Shown: positions 24,099-32,596, counted from the stretch's first letter. The stretch: 39,322 bases of DNA from an uncultured Candidatus Bathyarchaeia archaeon (GCA_964628365.1 CAZVMI010000002.1:4897-44218), one strand, 5' to 3'. Numbers and translations: made by a program. The notes: generated by a model from the sequence alone, not told the origin.

Positions 24099-24106
24099 TT
24101 ATAAAA
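24099..24106 (+). promoter_or_regulatory. TATA box for the aminotransferase gene (predicts a leaderless mRNA)
   Basis: TTATAAAA is centred ~26 nt upstream of ATG 24128. Confidence 0.45.
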
Positions 24107-24127
24107 CGTTTGAAGAGTTCGACTGAC

Positions 24128-25261
24128 ATGGGCTCAAAGAGCATACCACTTTACAGGATTTTCTGGGACGAGGAGGACGTCAAGGGCGTAGCAGGAGTCA
24201 TCAGGAGGGGCTTCTACTGGTCCTCGGGACCCCTCGTCCAAGAGTTCGAAGGAAAGGTTTCAGAGTTCGTTGGTAGGCGATATGGTGTAGCCTTCAACTC
24301 AGGGAGCTCCGCCCTCCAAGCTCTCCTGCTCAGCTATGACTTCGAGCCCAGGAGCGAGGTGATCGTCCCCTCATTCACCTTCATCTCATCAGTGAACTCG
24401 GTCCTCCACGCAGGCGCCGTGCCGGTCTTCGCCGACATCGAGGACAAGTACCTCGGACTGAACCCAGATAGCGTTGCAGAGAAGATCACGAACAAGACGA
24501 GGGCCATCCTGCCGACCCACTACGGTGGATGCCCATGCAGGGTAGACGAACTCAGGGAACTAGCCGAGGATCACGGCCTCCTACTACTGGAGGACTCGGC
24601 TGAGGCGCTCGGGGCTGAGATTCGTTCGAAGGGAAAAGCTGGCTCCTTCGGCGACTCCGCTATATTCAGCTTCTCAGGGAACAAGGTGCTCACGACGGGG
24701 GAGGGGGGCCTCGTCATCACGGACTCCGATACGGTGAGGAGGAGACTGAGGCTGATCAGGTCCCACGGAGACTTGGCGACCGAGGAGAAGTTCTCCTCGA
24801 AGACGACCGAAGCCTTCGTTACTCTTGGATGCAACTGGCGTATGTCGGACATAACAGCCTCCGTCGGCTTGTCTCAGTTCAGGAAGCTTGACAGGCTTGT
24901 GAGGATGAGGACCGAGAACGCTAAGTACCTCTCATCCAAATTGAGGACCATCAAAGGCGTGATCCCGCCGAAGATGCAAGGGGACAGGGTCAACGTCTTC
25001 CAGATGTACACTGTTATGCTGGACGAGGAGATCTTCGACAGAGATGCTCTGAGGGACTACCTCGAGAGGAACGGGATAACCTGCAAGGTCTACTTCGAGC
25101 CAATCCATCGCAACGAGTTTTACACGGCTTATTTAAGGAACGTTGAGCTCCCCGTGACGGACAGCGTTTCAAGGCGGGTGCTGACGCTCCCCATGTTCCC
25201 GGGCTTGACGAGGGACGAGATGGACTACATGACAGAGAAGATCAGGGAGTATCCGGGCTGA
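24128..25261 (+). CDS. DegT/DnrJ/EryC1/StrS-family sugar aminotransferase
   Basis: IPLYRIFWDEED..., NSGSSALQ, PLP-lysine context FSFSGNKVLTTGEGG, and RSHG. ATG 24128 lies ~26 nt downstream of the TTATAAAA box. The TTG at 24110 is the ORF-track start. Confidence 0.88.
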   Translation: MGSKSIPLYRIFWDEEDVKGVAGVIRRGFYWSSGPLVQEFEGKVSEFVGRRYGVAFNSGSSALQALLLSYDFEPRSEVIVPSFTFISSVNSVLHAGAVPVFADIEDKYLGLNPDSVAEKITNKTRAILPTHYGGCPCRVDELRELAEDHGLLLLEDSAEALGAEIRSKGKAGSFGDSAIFSFSGNKVLTTGEGGLVITDSDTVRRRLRLIRSHGDLATEEKFSSKTTEAFVTLGCNWRMSDITASVGLSQFRKLDRLVRMRTENAKYLSSKLRTIKGVIPPKMQGDRVNVFQMYTVMLDEEIFDRDALRDYLERNGITCKVYFEPIHRNEFYTAYLRNVELPVTDSVSRRVLTLPMFPGLTRDEMDYMTEKIREYPG

Positions 25262-26390
25262 CCTGTTTCTTCCTAGGTTTCTCTTGCGCCCAGATGGGGT
25301 CCTTGAGGACCCAGCCCTCGTTCCTCCACTCGAATATGTCACGGTTATAGAACTTGTCGACGATCTTCCAGAACTCCTCGGTTGTGTAGCCGGTGAAATC
25401 GAGGAACGCCTGAAGCGCCCTCTGGTCGAGCTTGCTGTCATGTTCCTTCACGAGCTTGATCCCTTCCTCCCGTGTGATGTAGCCGTCCCTTATGAGACGG
25501 CAGGCGACGTCGGTGGCTGTCCTGTGGCCAAACTTGGGGTACTTGAGCCACGGGTGGACGAGGTAGCTCACGGCATCTATCTGCTTCCAGTCCTCGAAGT
25601 GGCCCTCCCGGTCCCACTCATGGGCAAGGGTCCTGAAGCCGTACCTCTTCGCCACCCTGAGGTGCATTACCTCGTCCCATGGCGTGAAGTAACTGATGTA
25701 GATGGGCTCAACTCCCGCCTTCTCGATCTCCTCGAGCGGCGGGTATACTATTGGATTGAGTTCCTTCCTCTGGACACCCTTGCCGAGCCAGAAATCGAGG
25801 GGGATCGACTTGGCGACGTCGTTGTTGATCTGCTCCCTTGCGCTGTAGGTCTCCTCCTGCTGGGAGCCGCCGTACTCGTAGTTGACGTTCTCGCCGTAGA
25901 CGACGAGGGGGATGCCGAGCTTGATGGACATCTGGACGGGCCAGACGTAAACAGCCCTGTCCCAGTACCATGTGGGGCTGCCGAACTCCTCGAAGGCTAC
26001 GCGAAGCATCTTCTTTGCCAGCCTCCTGTTGAGGTGAAGAGAGATGATGTCGCAACCGAAGGCTTCGCTCAAGTTGTTGAGGTTATGGAGACCGGCCTCT
26101 GTCCAGTCGAAGTTGTATACGTTGAGGAGGAGGGGGTTCATCCTCATCTTCTCCTTCATCACGTAGACCTGATAATAGCTGTCCTTGCCCGGGCTGACGG
26201 CGACTATGCAGTCGTAGTAGCCATCTTCGCGCCTGTACTTGTCGCAGAGTTTCTCCAGCTCCTTCAATCGTTTCTTCCAATCTACCTGCTTCCTCTGCTC
26301 GTGGTGGACGCAGGCGGAGCAGACACCATTTTCGTTGAAGGTGATGCCTGGACGGGTGTCGGGAATAACGCACCTCTTACAGTAGCGCAT
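25242..26390 (-). CDS. N-acetyl sugar amidotransferase (PP-loop ATPase family, WbuX/PseA-like)
   Basis: N-terminal Cys-rich MRYCKRCVIPDTRPGITFNENGVCSACVHHEQRKQVDWKKR and a PP-loop variant VAVSPGKDS. The pattern matches, from memory, the amidotransferases that form acetamidino groups. ATG start. Confidence 0.8.
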   Translation of the reverse strand: MRYCKRCVIPDTRPGITFNENGVCSACVHHEQRKQVDWKKRLKELEKLCDKYRREDGYYDCIVAVSPGKDSYYQVYVMKEKMRMNPLLLNVYNFDWTEAGLHNLNNLSEAFGCDIISLHLNRRLAKKMLRVAFEEFGSPTWYWDRAVYVWPVQMSIKLGIPLVVYGENVNYEYGGSQQEETYSAREQINNDVAKSIPLDFWLGKGVQRKELNPIVYPPLEEIEKAGVEPIYISYFTPWDEVMHLRVAKRYGFRTLAHEWDREGHFEDWKQIDAVSYLVHPWLKYPKFGHRTATDVACRLIRDGYITREEGIKLVKEHDSKLDQRALQAFLDFTGYTTEEFWKIVDKFYNRDIFEWRNEGWVLKDPIWAQEKPRKKQVSPDTP

Positions 26391-26581
26391 GGGGGTTACC
26401 TCATGGTGATTTAGAGGGGAGGCTAAATAAATTGTTGTAGAGAACCGAGCGTGACAACGATTGGCTAAGGAGCGTTTTTCCGCGAGCGCCTCTTGAGTTA
26501 CAGAGGCTCAGTTTTCGTAGAGATTCACGCTCAGGTTATGTAGTTGTGGGTTCCTAGTAAATTAGAGCTGAGGCGGGCTGC

Positions 26582-27628
26582 TTGAGGGTGGAGATTTCAG
26601 GGCACCTAATAGGTGACGGAAAGCCCTGTTTTGTGATCGCGGAGGCCGGAGTCAATCATAACGGGGACGTCGAACTTGGGAAGAAGCTGATTGAGGCAGC
26701 GAAGTTCGCTGGCGCCGATGCGGTGAAGTTCCAGGCCTTCAGGGCCGAGAGGCTGGCCTCAAGCGGTGCTAGGAAGGCCACTTACCAGAATACAGTGGCC
26801 GGGGATGACTCGCAGCTGGAGATGCTCAGGAAGCTTGAGCTGACCGAGGATGAATTCAGGGTACTCTCGAATCATTCAAGGAAGAAAGGGGTCGTCTTCC
26901 TATCCTCAGCCTTCGACTTTGAGAGCGCCGACCTCCTCGACAGGCTAGGCGTCGTGGCCTACAAGATGGGCTCTGGGGAGCTGACGAACCTCCCTCTCCT
27001 GAGATACATCGGGGGTAAGGGGAGGCCCGTCATTCTATCCTCAGGGATGAGCACAATGGAGGAGGTTGAGGAGGCGCTGGAGGCGGTCAAGGGTGCGGGC
27101 TGTGACAGGATCGTGCTCCTACACTGTGTCTCCAGCTACCCGACGAGGGCCGAGGACGCCAATCTCAGGGTGATTAGGACCCTCAGGGACCGATTTGGCG
27201 TGCTAGTAGGCTTCTCGGACCATACGCTCAGCCTCGTCATCCCGGCGGCGTCCGTCGCCTTGGGCGCGGTTATTGTAGAGAAACATCTTACACTGGATCA
27301 CAACCTCCCGGGGCCGGATCATGGGATGTCCCTTGAGCCTGATGAGTTCAATGAGATGGTGAAGAACATACGGGAAGTTGAGGCCTCCCTGGGCGATGGT
27401 GTCAAGAGGGTAACAGAGAGTGAAAAGGGGGTCAGGGAGGTGGCGAGGAGGAGCGTAGTTGCAGTAGTCGACATCCCGGCTGGGACAAGTATAACACGTG
27501 AGATGTTAGACATTAAAAGGCCGGGAACCGGCATTGAGCCTAAGAGGATCGATGAAGTGGTCGGGAAGAGGGCTAAGAGGCTCATTAAGAGAGATGAGTT
27601 GATAGCCTGGGACTCTCTCGCTGTCTAA
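26582..27628 (+). CDS. neuB: Nonulosonic acid synthase (NeuB/LegI/PseI family) with a C-terminal SAF domain
   Basis: GKPCFVIAEAGVNHNGD, KFQ, SSAFD, ILSSGMST, HC.S.YP, and C-terminal ..IPAGTSITREMLDIKRPGTGI (SAF). Start is TTG 26582 or GTG 26588. Confidence 0.9.
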   Translation: MRVEISGHLIGDGKPCFVIAEAGVNHNGDVELGKKLIEAAKFAGADAVKFQAFRAERLASSGARKATYQNTVAGDDSQLEMLRKLELTEDEFRVLSNHSRKKGVVFLSSAFDFESADLLDRLGVVAYKMGSGELTNLPLLRYIGGKGRPVILSSGMSTMEEVEEALEAVKGAGCDRIVLLHCVSSYPTRAEDANLRVIRTLRDRFGVLVGFSDHTLSLVIPAASVALGAVIVEKHLTLDHNLPGPDHGMSLEPDEFNEMVKNIREVEASLGDGVKRVTESEKGVREVARRSVVAVVDIPAGTSITREMLDIKRPGTGIEPKRIDEVVGKRAKRLIKRDELIAWDSLAV

Positions 27629-27634
27629 ATAGCC

Positions 27635-28030
27635 TTATTCCTGCTTCTTCATGACCTTCGCGGGGACACCGTAGGCTACGACGTTAGGTGGTATGTCCTG
27701 AGTAACGAAGCTGAAAGCGCCTACGACGGCATTCCTGCCGATAGTGACTCCTGGCATAATGACACTGTGGCTGCCCACCTTGGCACCCTCCTCGATTATG
27801 ACCTTACCCCACTTGTCGTCTATTGTCGACCAAGAGTAAATTGAGCAGTGGGAGCCTATCTCGACGCCCTTCTCGATGCGGACGCCGTATTTTGCGTTGA
27901 TGTAGGTGAAGGCGCCTATGTCGGTGTTTGGGGCGAGTTCAAGGTTCTCGTGGTACTGGCACATCCAGCTCCACCTCGTCATGCCACGTTCGTCGAACTC
28001 CGGCTTAACCCAGTCCTTGAACCTGCTCAC
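27635..28030 (-). CDS. Hexapeptide-repeat acetyltransferase (short, WbbJ/LacA-like)
   Basis: Hexapeptide units IGAFTYINAKYGVRIEKGVEIGSHCSI and EEGAKVGSHSVIMPGVTIGRNAVVGAFSFV. 131 aa, GTG start. Its stop lies 6 nt from the neuB stop on the opposite strand. Confidence 0.8.
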   Translation of the reverse strand: MSRFKDWVKPEFDERGMTRWSWMCQYHENLELAPNTDIGAFTYINAKYGVRIEKGVEIGSHCSIYSWSTIDDKWGKVIIEEGAKVGSHSVIMPGVTIGRNAVVGAFSFVTQDIPPNVVAYGVPAKVMKKQE

Positions 28031-28057
28031 GTTTGCTCCCTCTGAGAGTTCGTCGGG

Positions 28058-29206
28058 CTAGTAGGTTATTTGTTTTTGCAGGAGCTCCTCTGTTATCTCC
28101 AGCTCTGAGAGGAGCTTGACTATCCGTTTAGCGGCTTTGCCGTCACCCCAGGGGTTGCGGCGTTTGCTCACCTTCTCCCTGAATGCCTTGTCATGCAGCG
28201 CCTTCCGTACAGCTTCCACGATGGCGTCCCTGTCGTGTGGGACGTCTATGACGTTGTCGCCGCGGAGCCTCCCCTCCTGCCTCATGCCGATGTTGACGAA
28301 GGGCAGCCCGAAGGAGGGGGCCTCAATTATCCCGCTGCTCGAGTTCCCGACCATCACGGCCGCGGTGGCCATGAGGCCGAGGTACTGCTTCTGAGGGAGG
28401 CTTGGGTAGGTCCTAATGTACGGGGGGAAATTGGATCTTTCAATGACCTTGATCATCCTTATGCCGCCAGCGTCGTTGTTCGGGTAAAGGAGCACGGTCT
28501 GTTCATGGAGCGCGACGAGGGCGGCGAGGGTAACCCGCATCTGATCTGCAGCCTCGTCAGCCTGGGTCGTGACGGGGTGCTGTACAGCGAGGATTATCGG
28601 CTTGGTAAGGTCTAAGCCGAGCTCTTTCGCCACCTCCTCAGGGGTGCTCTTCGCCACGTTAAGAATCACGTCCAACGCAGGCGCCCCGACGACATGGACA
28701 TTCGCACGCCTCTCCCCGAGCTTGATGATCCTCTCCGCCCCGTCCCTCGTGGCCGGGAAGTGCACGTGAGCGAGCTTCGTAACGGCGTGGCGGATGGACT
28801 CGTCTATGCAGCCCTTCGTCACCTCGCCGCCGTGGACATGAACTACAACCCTATTCGTGTATGCGCCCGCTATGGCGCCTGCGAAGGCCTCGCTCCTGTC
28901 GCCGAGGACTAGAACAATGTCGGGGTTGATCCTTTCGAACGCTTCGGTGACGCCTATTATGCCCTTACCGAGGGCCTTTGCCATGGACGCCTCAGAGTCG
29001 TCGCAAGGGCTCATATCGACAACCTCGTCGACTCTGAAGCCACTCCTCTCGATGTCCTTCAGGGTGTAACCGTGTACTTCCGAGAGGTGCATGCCCGTGG
29101 CGATGATGTGAAGCTCGAGATCCTTTGATCTCATTATCTCTACGAGTATGGGCGTTAATATCCCGAACTCCGCCCTTGTGCCGGTCACGACGGCCACCGA
29201 CCTCAA
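28058..29206 (-). CDS. neuC: UDP-N-acetylhexosamine 2-epimerase, hydrolysing type (NeuC/LegG-like)
   Basis: VVTGTRAEFGIL N-terminus, LVLGDRSE, HVHGGE, and GNSSSGIIEAPSFG. TTG start overlaps the neuA stop. Confidence 0.88.
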   Translation of the reverse strand: MRSVAVVTGTRAEFGILTPILVEIMRSKDLELHIIATGMHLSEVHGYTLKDIERSGFRVDEVVDMSPCDDSEASMAKALGKGIIGVTEAFERINPDIVLVLGDRSEAFAGAIAGAYTNRVVVHVHGGEVTKGCIDESIRHAVTKLAHVHFPATRDGAERIIKLGERRANVHVVGAPALDVILNVAKSTPEEVAKELGLDLTKPIILAVQHPVTTQADEAADQMRVTLAALVALHEQTVLLYPNNDAGGIRMIKVIERSNFPPYIRTYPSLPQKQYLGLMATAAVMVGNSSSGIIEAPSFGLPFVNIGMRQEGRLRGDNVIDVPHDRDAIVEAVRKALHDKAFREKVSKRRNPWGDGKAAKRIVKLLSELEITEELLQKQITY

Positions 29207-29922
29207 GTTCTACCCTTCCTCCTCTGGTCCTTCAGCAGCAGGTCCATTATCCTGAGGTCGAGGAGTGTGTCGACGTCGAGCGACCTCTCCTCAGGCATCA
29301 CATAGGCTCTGATGTCCTTTCCGTAGAGGGAGTTGCCCTCCATCAGGGTGTCCCTCTGGGTCGCGTAGATGGCTCCGTTCAGGGAATACACCTTTGGGAG
29401 GTCCTGGCGCCTGATCTTCGTCTCCTCACCGAAGAAGGGGACGAGCTTGTCTCCTTTAAGGGTGAACATTAAATATGGACTGTGCTTCGCCTCGGTGACC
29501 GAGATGACTGAGTCAGCGCCTGTATCGAAAAGAGCCTTGACCGTCCCATCTATATCCCTCGCATCCCTGAGCGGGCTCGTCGGCTGGAGTGTGACGGCGA
29601 CATCTACTTTCCCGCCCTGCTCCTCGATGTGCCCCACCATGTGCCGTATCGCTCGGATCGTTGGGCTACTATCATGGGCGAGTTCTTTAGGTCTCAGAAC
29701 AGGGACCTCCGCCCCATAGTACTTGGCGACGCCGGCGATCTCCTCGTCGTCCGTTGATACGATGACCCTTGTTAGGAGCCTAGATTTTTTCGCAGCCTCA
29801 ATCGTGTAGGCGATGAGGGGCTTCCCGGCGACATCGTGGAGGTTCTTCCTAGGTATCCCCTTGGAGCCACCCCTTGCCGGGATTATGCCGACGACGCTCA
29901 ACGCTTCTGACTTGCTGCTCAT
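29203..29922 (-). CDS. neuA: CMP-nonulosonic acid synthetase (acylneuraminate cytidylyltransferase family, NeuA/LegF/PseF)
   Basis: GIIPARGGSKGIPRKNL signature, 239 aa, ATG start. Confidence 0.9.
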   Translation of the reverse strand: MSSKSEALSVVGIIPARGGSKGIPRKNLHDVAGKPLIAYTIEAAKKSRLLTRVIVSTDDEEIAGVAKYYGAEVPVLRPKELAHDSSPTIRAIRHMVGHIEEQGGKVDVAVTLQPTSPLRDARDIDGTVKALFDTGADSVISVTEAKHSPYLMFTLKGDKLVPFFGEETKIRRQDLPKVYSLNGAIYATQRDTLMEGNSLYGKDIRAYVMPEERSLDVDTLLDLRIMDLLLKDQRRKGRT

Positions 29923-29926
29923 ACAC

Positions 29927-31327
29927 TCACGCCCGACCCTGTCTCACAACCTTCTCTACGAAGAGTTTGATATTATCGGGGTAGCCTGGTTTAATAATAT
30001 CCTCGTTGAGCCTAGCAACGGATTCCCTCTCTATCCCGCTGAACGATCTCACCGCCTTCAAAAACTCTTGAGGAGTCTCGACATATCTTGAAGTTCTTTC
30101 ATCTCCTAGCAGGCTCGAGAAGTAGAGCTTCGAGAGGTTGTTGATGTTAACGAGGATGTTGGGGGCGCCGAGGCTGGGGGCTTCGACGGCGCAGCTTGAG
30201 TAGACGGTCGAGTGGATGTCAATATATGGCATCAGCTCGTAGAACTCGCGTTCGAGCTCCACTATAATGTTATCGGGGAGGATAAGGCTCGAGTAGTCGC
30301 GCTCAATCGGGTGCCGAGGGATTAAAATGTAGCCGATGTCCCTGTCCAGTGCTGCACAGGTGATTATAAAGTCTATGAGGTCGTCCTCCACGGTCGATTG
30401 AAGGGTCACTCCAACCACTTTGTTGAACTTCTTCAGCCTGTTCACGAGCGATGTGTCTGGTTTAAAATTATGTTTTATGTAGTCGATGTAGAAGCTGCCT
30501 ACTGTGTAAGCATTCCCCGCCTCAACGAACCTGCCACGTTCAAGGACCTCCGCATCCCTCTTTCCGAAGACCAGTACGTGATCGGGGTAGAAGACCCTGT
30601 TCAGGTCGGCGTAGATGTTGTAGGCCTCGTGGCCCTCCCCGGTCGAGCCGTGCTGTATCTCGACGACCTTGATGTCGAGGTCCTTCGCTGCCTTCACCTT
30701 CCCCATATCGTAGTAGGAGCAGACGATGAATACGAAACTGGGCTTCAAATGTTTGAAGAACCGCTTGTACGCAGAGTATCTGCTCCTGAAGGTTCTGATT
30801 ATCCTCTCGTCGTCGACCTCGAGACCATAATCCTTCTTAATCTGGTCCAGCGTCGTCTGCCCCACGATCTCTAAGGGTCCTGGGCTAAGCTTTCTCTTGA
30901 CGGCCGAGAGGAGGTAGATCGGGTAGATCCCGGTTATGTTCTTTGTATAGACCTCCTCCTTCGGGAGGTGGTCTGGCTCTGGATCCTCGATCACGAGTGT
31001 CTTATCTCTCCCGAGTACGTCTGCCAGTGGGTCAGCGAACCTGTCGAAATACTTGCCTTCGATCCTCTTTCTGACGTTACTTCTGGATGTTGAGAAGATG
31101 ACGTAGTCATACTGCCTGAACCAGCCCCCGAAGCCGTAGAACAGCTTGCCGATTGAGTCGATAATTGAACCGGCCAAGGTCTTAGACCGTGTTCTCCTCA
31201 TCCTCCTCCCCTTGAAGAGGTAGGATGTCGCGTAAGCGATCCTGAGGTAAGGCCAAACCTGTTCGCCGTCTACCCTGATACTCGAGACGTCGTACTTCTC
31301 CTCGACCTCTCTTAGGAAGTGGCTCAC
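29927..31327 (-). CDS. Uncharacterised 466-aa protein; the C-terminal half has a GT-B-like pattern (candidate CMP-ulosonic-acid-dependent transferase)
   Basis: No family is recognised outright. VVGVTLQSTVEDD, ILIPRHPIE and DIHSTVYSSCAVEAPSLGAPNILV resemble, from memory, the LQ..D / HP / S..G.EA..G.P blocks of KpsC/KpsS-type (Capsule_synth) or TagF-type GT-B enzymes. The stop lies 4 nt upstream of the neuA start. GTG start. Confidence 0.45.
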   Translation of the reverse strand: MSHFLREVEEKYDVSSIRVDGEQVWPYLRIAYATSYLFKGRRMRRTRSKTLAGSIIDSIGKLFYGFGGWFRQYDYVIFSTSRSNVRKRIEGKYFDRFADPLADVLGRDKTLVIEDPEPDHLPKEEVYTKNITGIYPIYLLSAVKRKLSPGPLEIVGQTTLDQIKKDYGLEVDDERIIRTFRSRYSAYKRFFKHLKPSFVFIVCSYYDMGKVKAAKDLDIKVVEIQHGSTGEGHEAYNIYADLNRVFYPDHVLVFGKRDAEVLERGRFVEAGNAYTVGSFYIDYIKHNFKPDTSLVNRLKKFNKVVGVTLQSTVEDDLIDFIITCAALDRDIGYILIPRHPIERDYSSLILPDNIIVELEREFYELMPYIDIHSTVYSSCAVEAPSLGAPNILVNINNLSKLYFSSLLGDERTSRYVETPQEFLKAVRSFSGIERESVARLNEDIIKPGYPDNIKLFVEKVVRQGRA

Positions 31328-31395
31328 TGTATAAACCCCGTAATGGTTATTGTGGGGAGCAGGTTGATTATTGAATTTTGGTATATGGGCTGGTT

Positions 31396-32547
31396 TTACT
31401 TGTGGTAGTGCGTCGTCACCTTCTTTACACCGGTCAGGATAGCGTCCAAGTCATCGTCTGACAGGTACGGGTGCATGGGCAGGCTGAAGATCCTGTTTGC
31501 CACATCTTCGGAGACGGGACATCTGTCAGGTTTCATGAGGTCGAGAATGGCGGGCTGTCTCGTCAAGGGCGTCGGGTAGTGGACACCGCAATCGATGTTC
31601 TCGGCTTGGAGGGCCTTCAGGAACTCGTCCCTCGTGCATTTCAACTTCTCAAGGTCGAGTGTAGCAGAGAAGTAACTGTAGCTTGGATTCGTCTTCGGCG
31701 TAATTTTCTGTGGGCTGACGCAGTCGATCTTCTCGATTCCTCTCCTGAGCTTCTCCCCGATGTAGCGCCTCTTCCTGAGGTAACCGTCGAGATTCTCAAG
31801 CTGGTTCAAGCCTATGACGGCCATGATGTCGGTCATGCGGTAGTTGAGTCCGAGCATCACGTGGTGGTACCTTCCGTCGTCGCCGTGGTTCCTGATAAGC
31901 GTTCCCAAACGATATAGTTCAGGGTCGTTTGTTGTGACTATGCCACCCTCCCCAGTCGTCATGGTCTTGGTCGGGTAGAAGCTGTAGCAGTTTAGGTGTC
32001 TCCATGAGCCCAGGTCTCTACCACCGTACTCTGTTCCGTGGGCCTGGGCGCAGTCGTTGATGAGGAGGAGCTTGTGGTCCTCCGCAATCTCGGCGAGAGC
32101 GTCCATGTCCGCTGCGTTCCCGAAGAGGTGGACAGGCGCGATAGCCTTCGTCTGGCTGTTTATCTTCTCCTTCACGTCCTCAGGGTCGATGAGGTACGTC
32201 TCGGGGTCGATGTCGGCGAACACCGGCTTAGCGTTGCTGAAAAAGACCGTGCTGACGGTGGCGATGAAGGTGAAGGCCGGGGCGATGACCTCGTCCCCTG
32301 GCCTCAGAGTTGAGAGGTATGCGACATGTAGGGCTGCTGTACCGTTGGAGACGGCGTAGGCGTATTTGGCGCCGACTCTCTCAGCAAACTTTTCCTCGAA
32401 CTCCTTGGTGTAGGGCCCCATCCGGACGTAGCCTGACCTGAGGACCTTGGCCACGTCATCTGCATCTTTCTGCGAGAAGACGGGCTTCGCGAGGGGTATC
32501 TTCTTGTCAGATACCGGTTTGCCACCTAGGATAGCGAGTTGATCCAT
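31396..32547 (-). CDS. DegT/DnrJ/EryC1/StrS-family sugar aminotransferase (second copy)
   Basis: LAILGGKPV, SNGTAALH, PLP-lysine context FYPTKTMTTGEGG, and RNHG. ATG start. Confidence 0.88.
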   Translation of the reverse strand: MDQLAILGGKPVSDKKIPLAKPVFSQKDADDVAKVLRSGYVRMGPYTKEFEEKFAERVGAKYAYAVSNGTAALHVAYLSTLRPGDEVIAPAFTFIATVSTVFFSNAKPVFADIDPETYLIDPEDVKEKINSQTKAIAPVHLFGNAADMDALAEIAEDHKLLLINDCAQAHGTEYGGRDLGSWRHLNCYSFYPTKTMTTGEGGIVTTNDPELYRLGTLIRNHGDDGRYHHVMLGLNYRMTDIMAVIGLNQLENLDGYLRKRRYIGEKLRRGIEKIDCVSPQKITPKTNPSYSYFSATLDLEKLKCTRDEFLKALQAENIDCGVHYPTPLTRQPAILDLMKPDRCPVSEDVANRIFSLPMHPYLSDDDLDAILTGVKKVTTHYHK

Positions 32548-32596
32548 GGTACTTGAGTTAGCTGAATTGTTGATAAGTGCTTCTCGGGCGTGCTCG

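Noticed and set aside
25284-26414. A 376-aa ORF on the plus strand that covers the whole amidotransferase gene in antisense. Similar long antisense ORFs occur at 8394..9437, 9358..10254, 11532..12455, 3377..3922, 35673..36326 and 34221..34784.
   Set aside because: These are shadow ORFs, typical of G+C-rich, codon-biased genes. Their products are low-complexity (Leu/Val/Asp/Pro/Arg-rich) with no motifs, while the opposite-strand genes carry clear family signatures.
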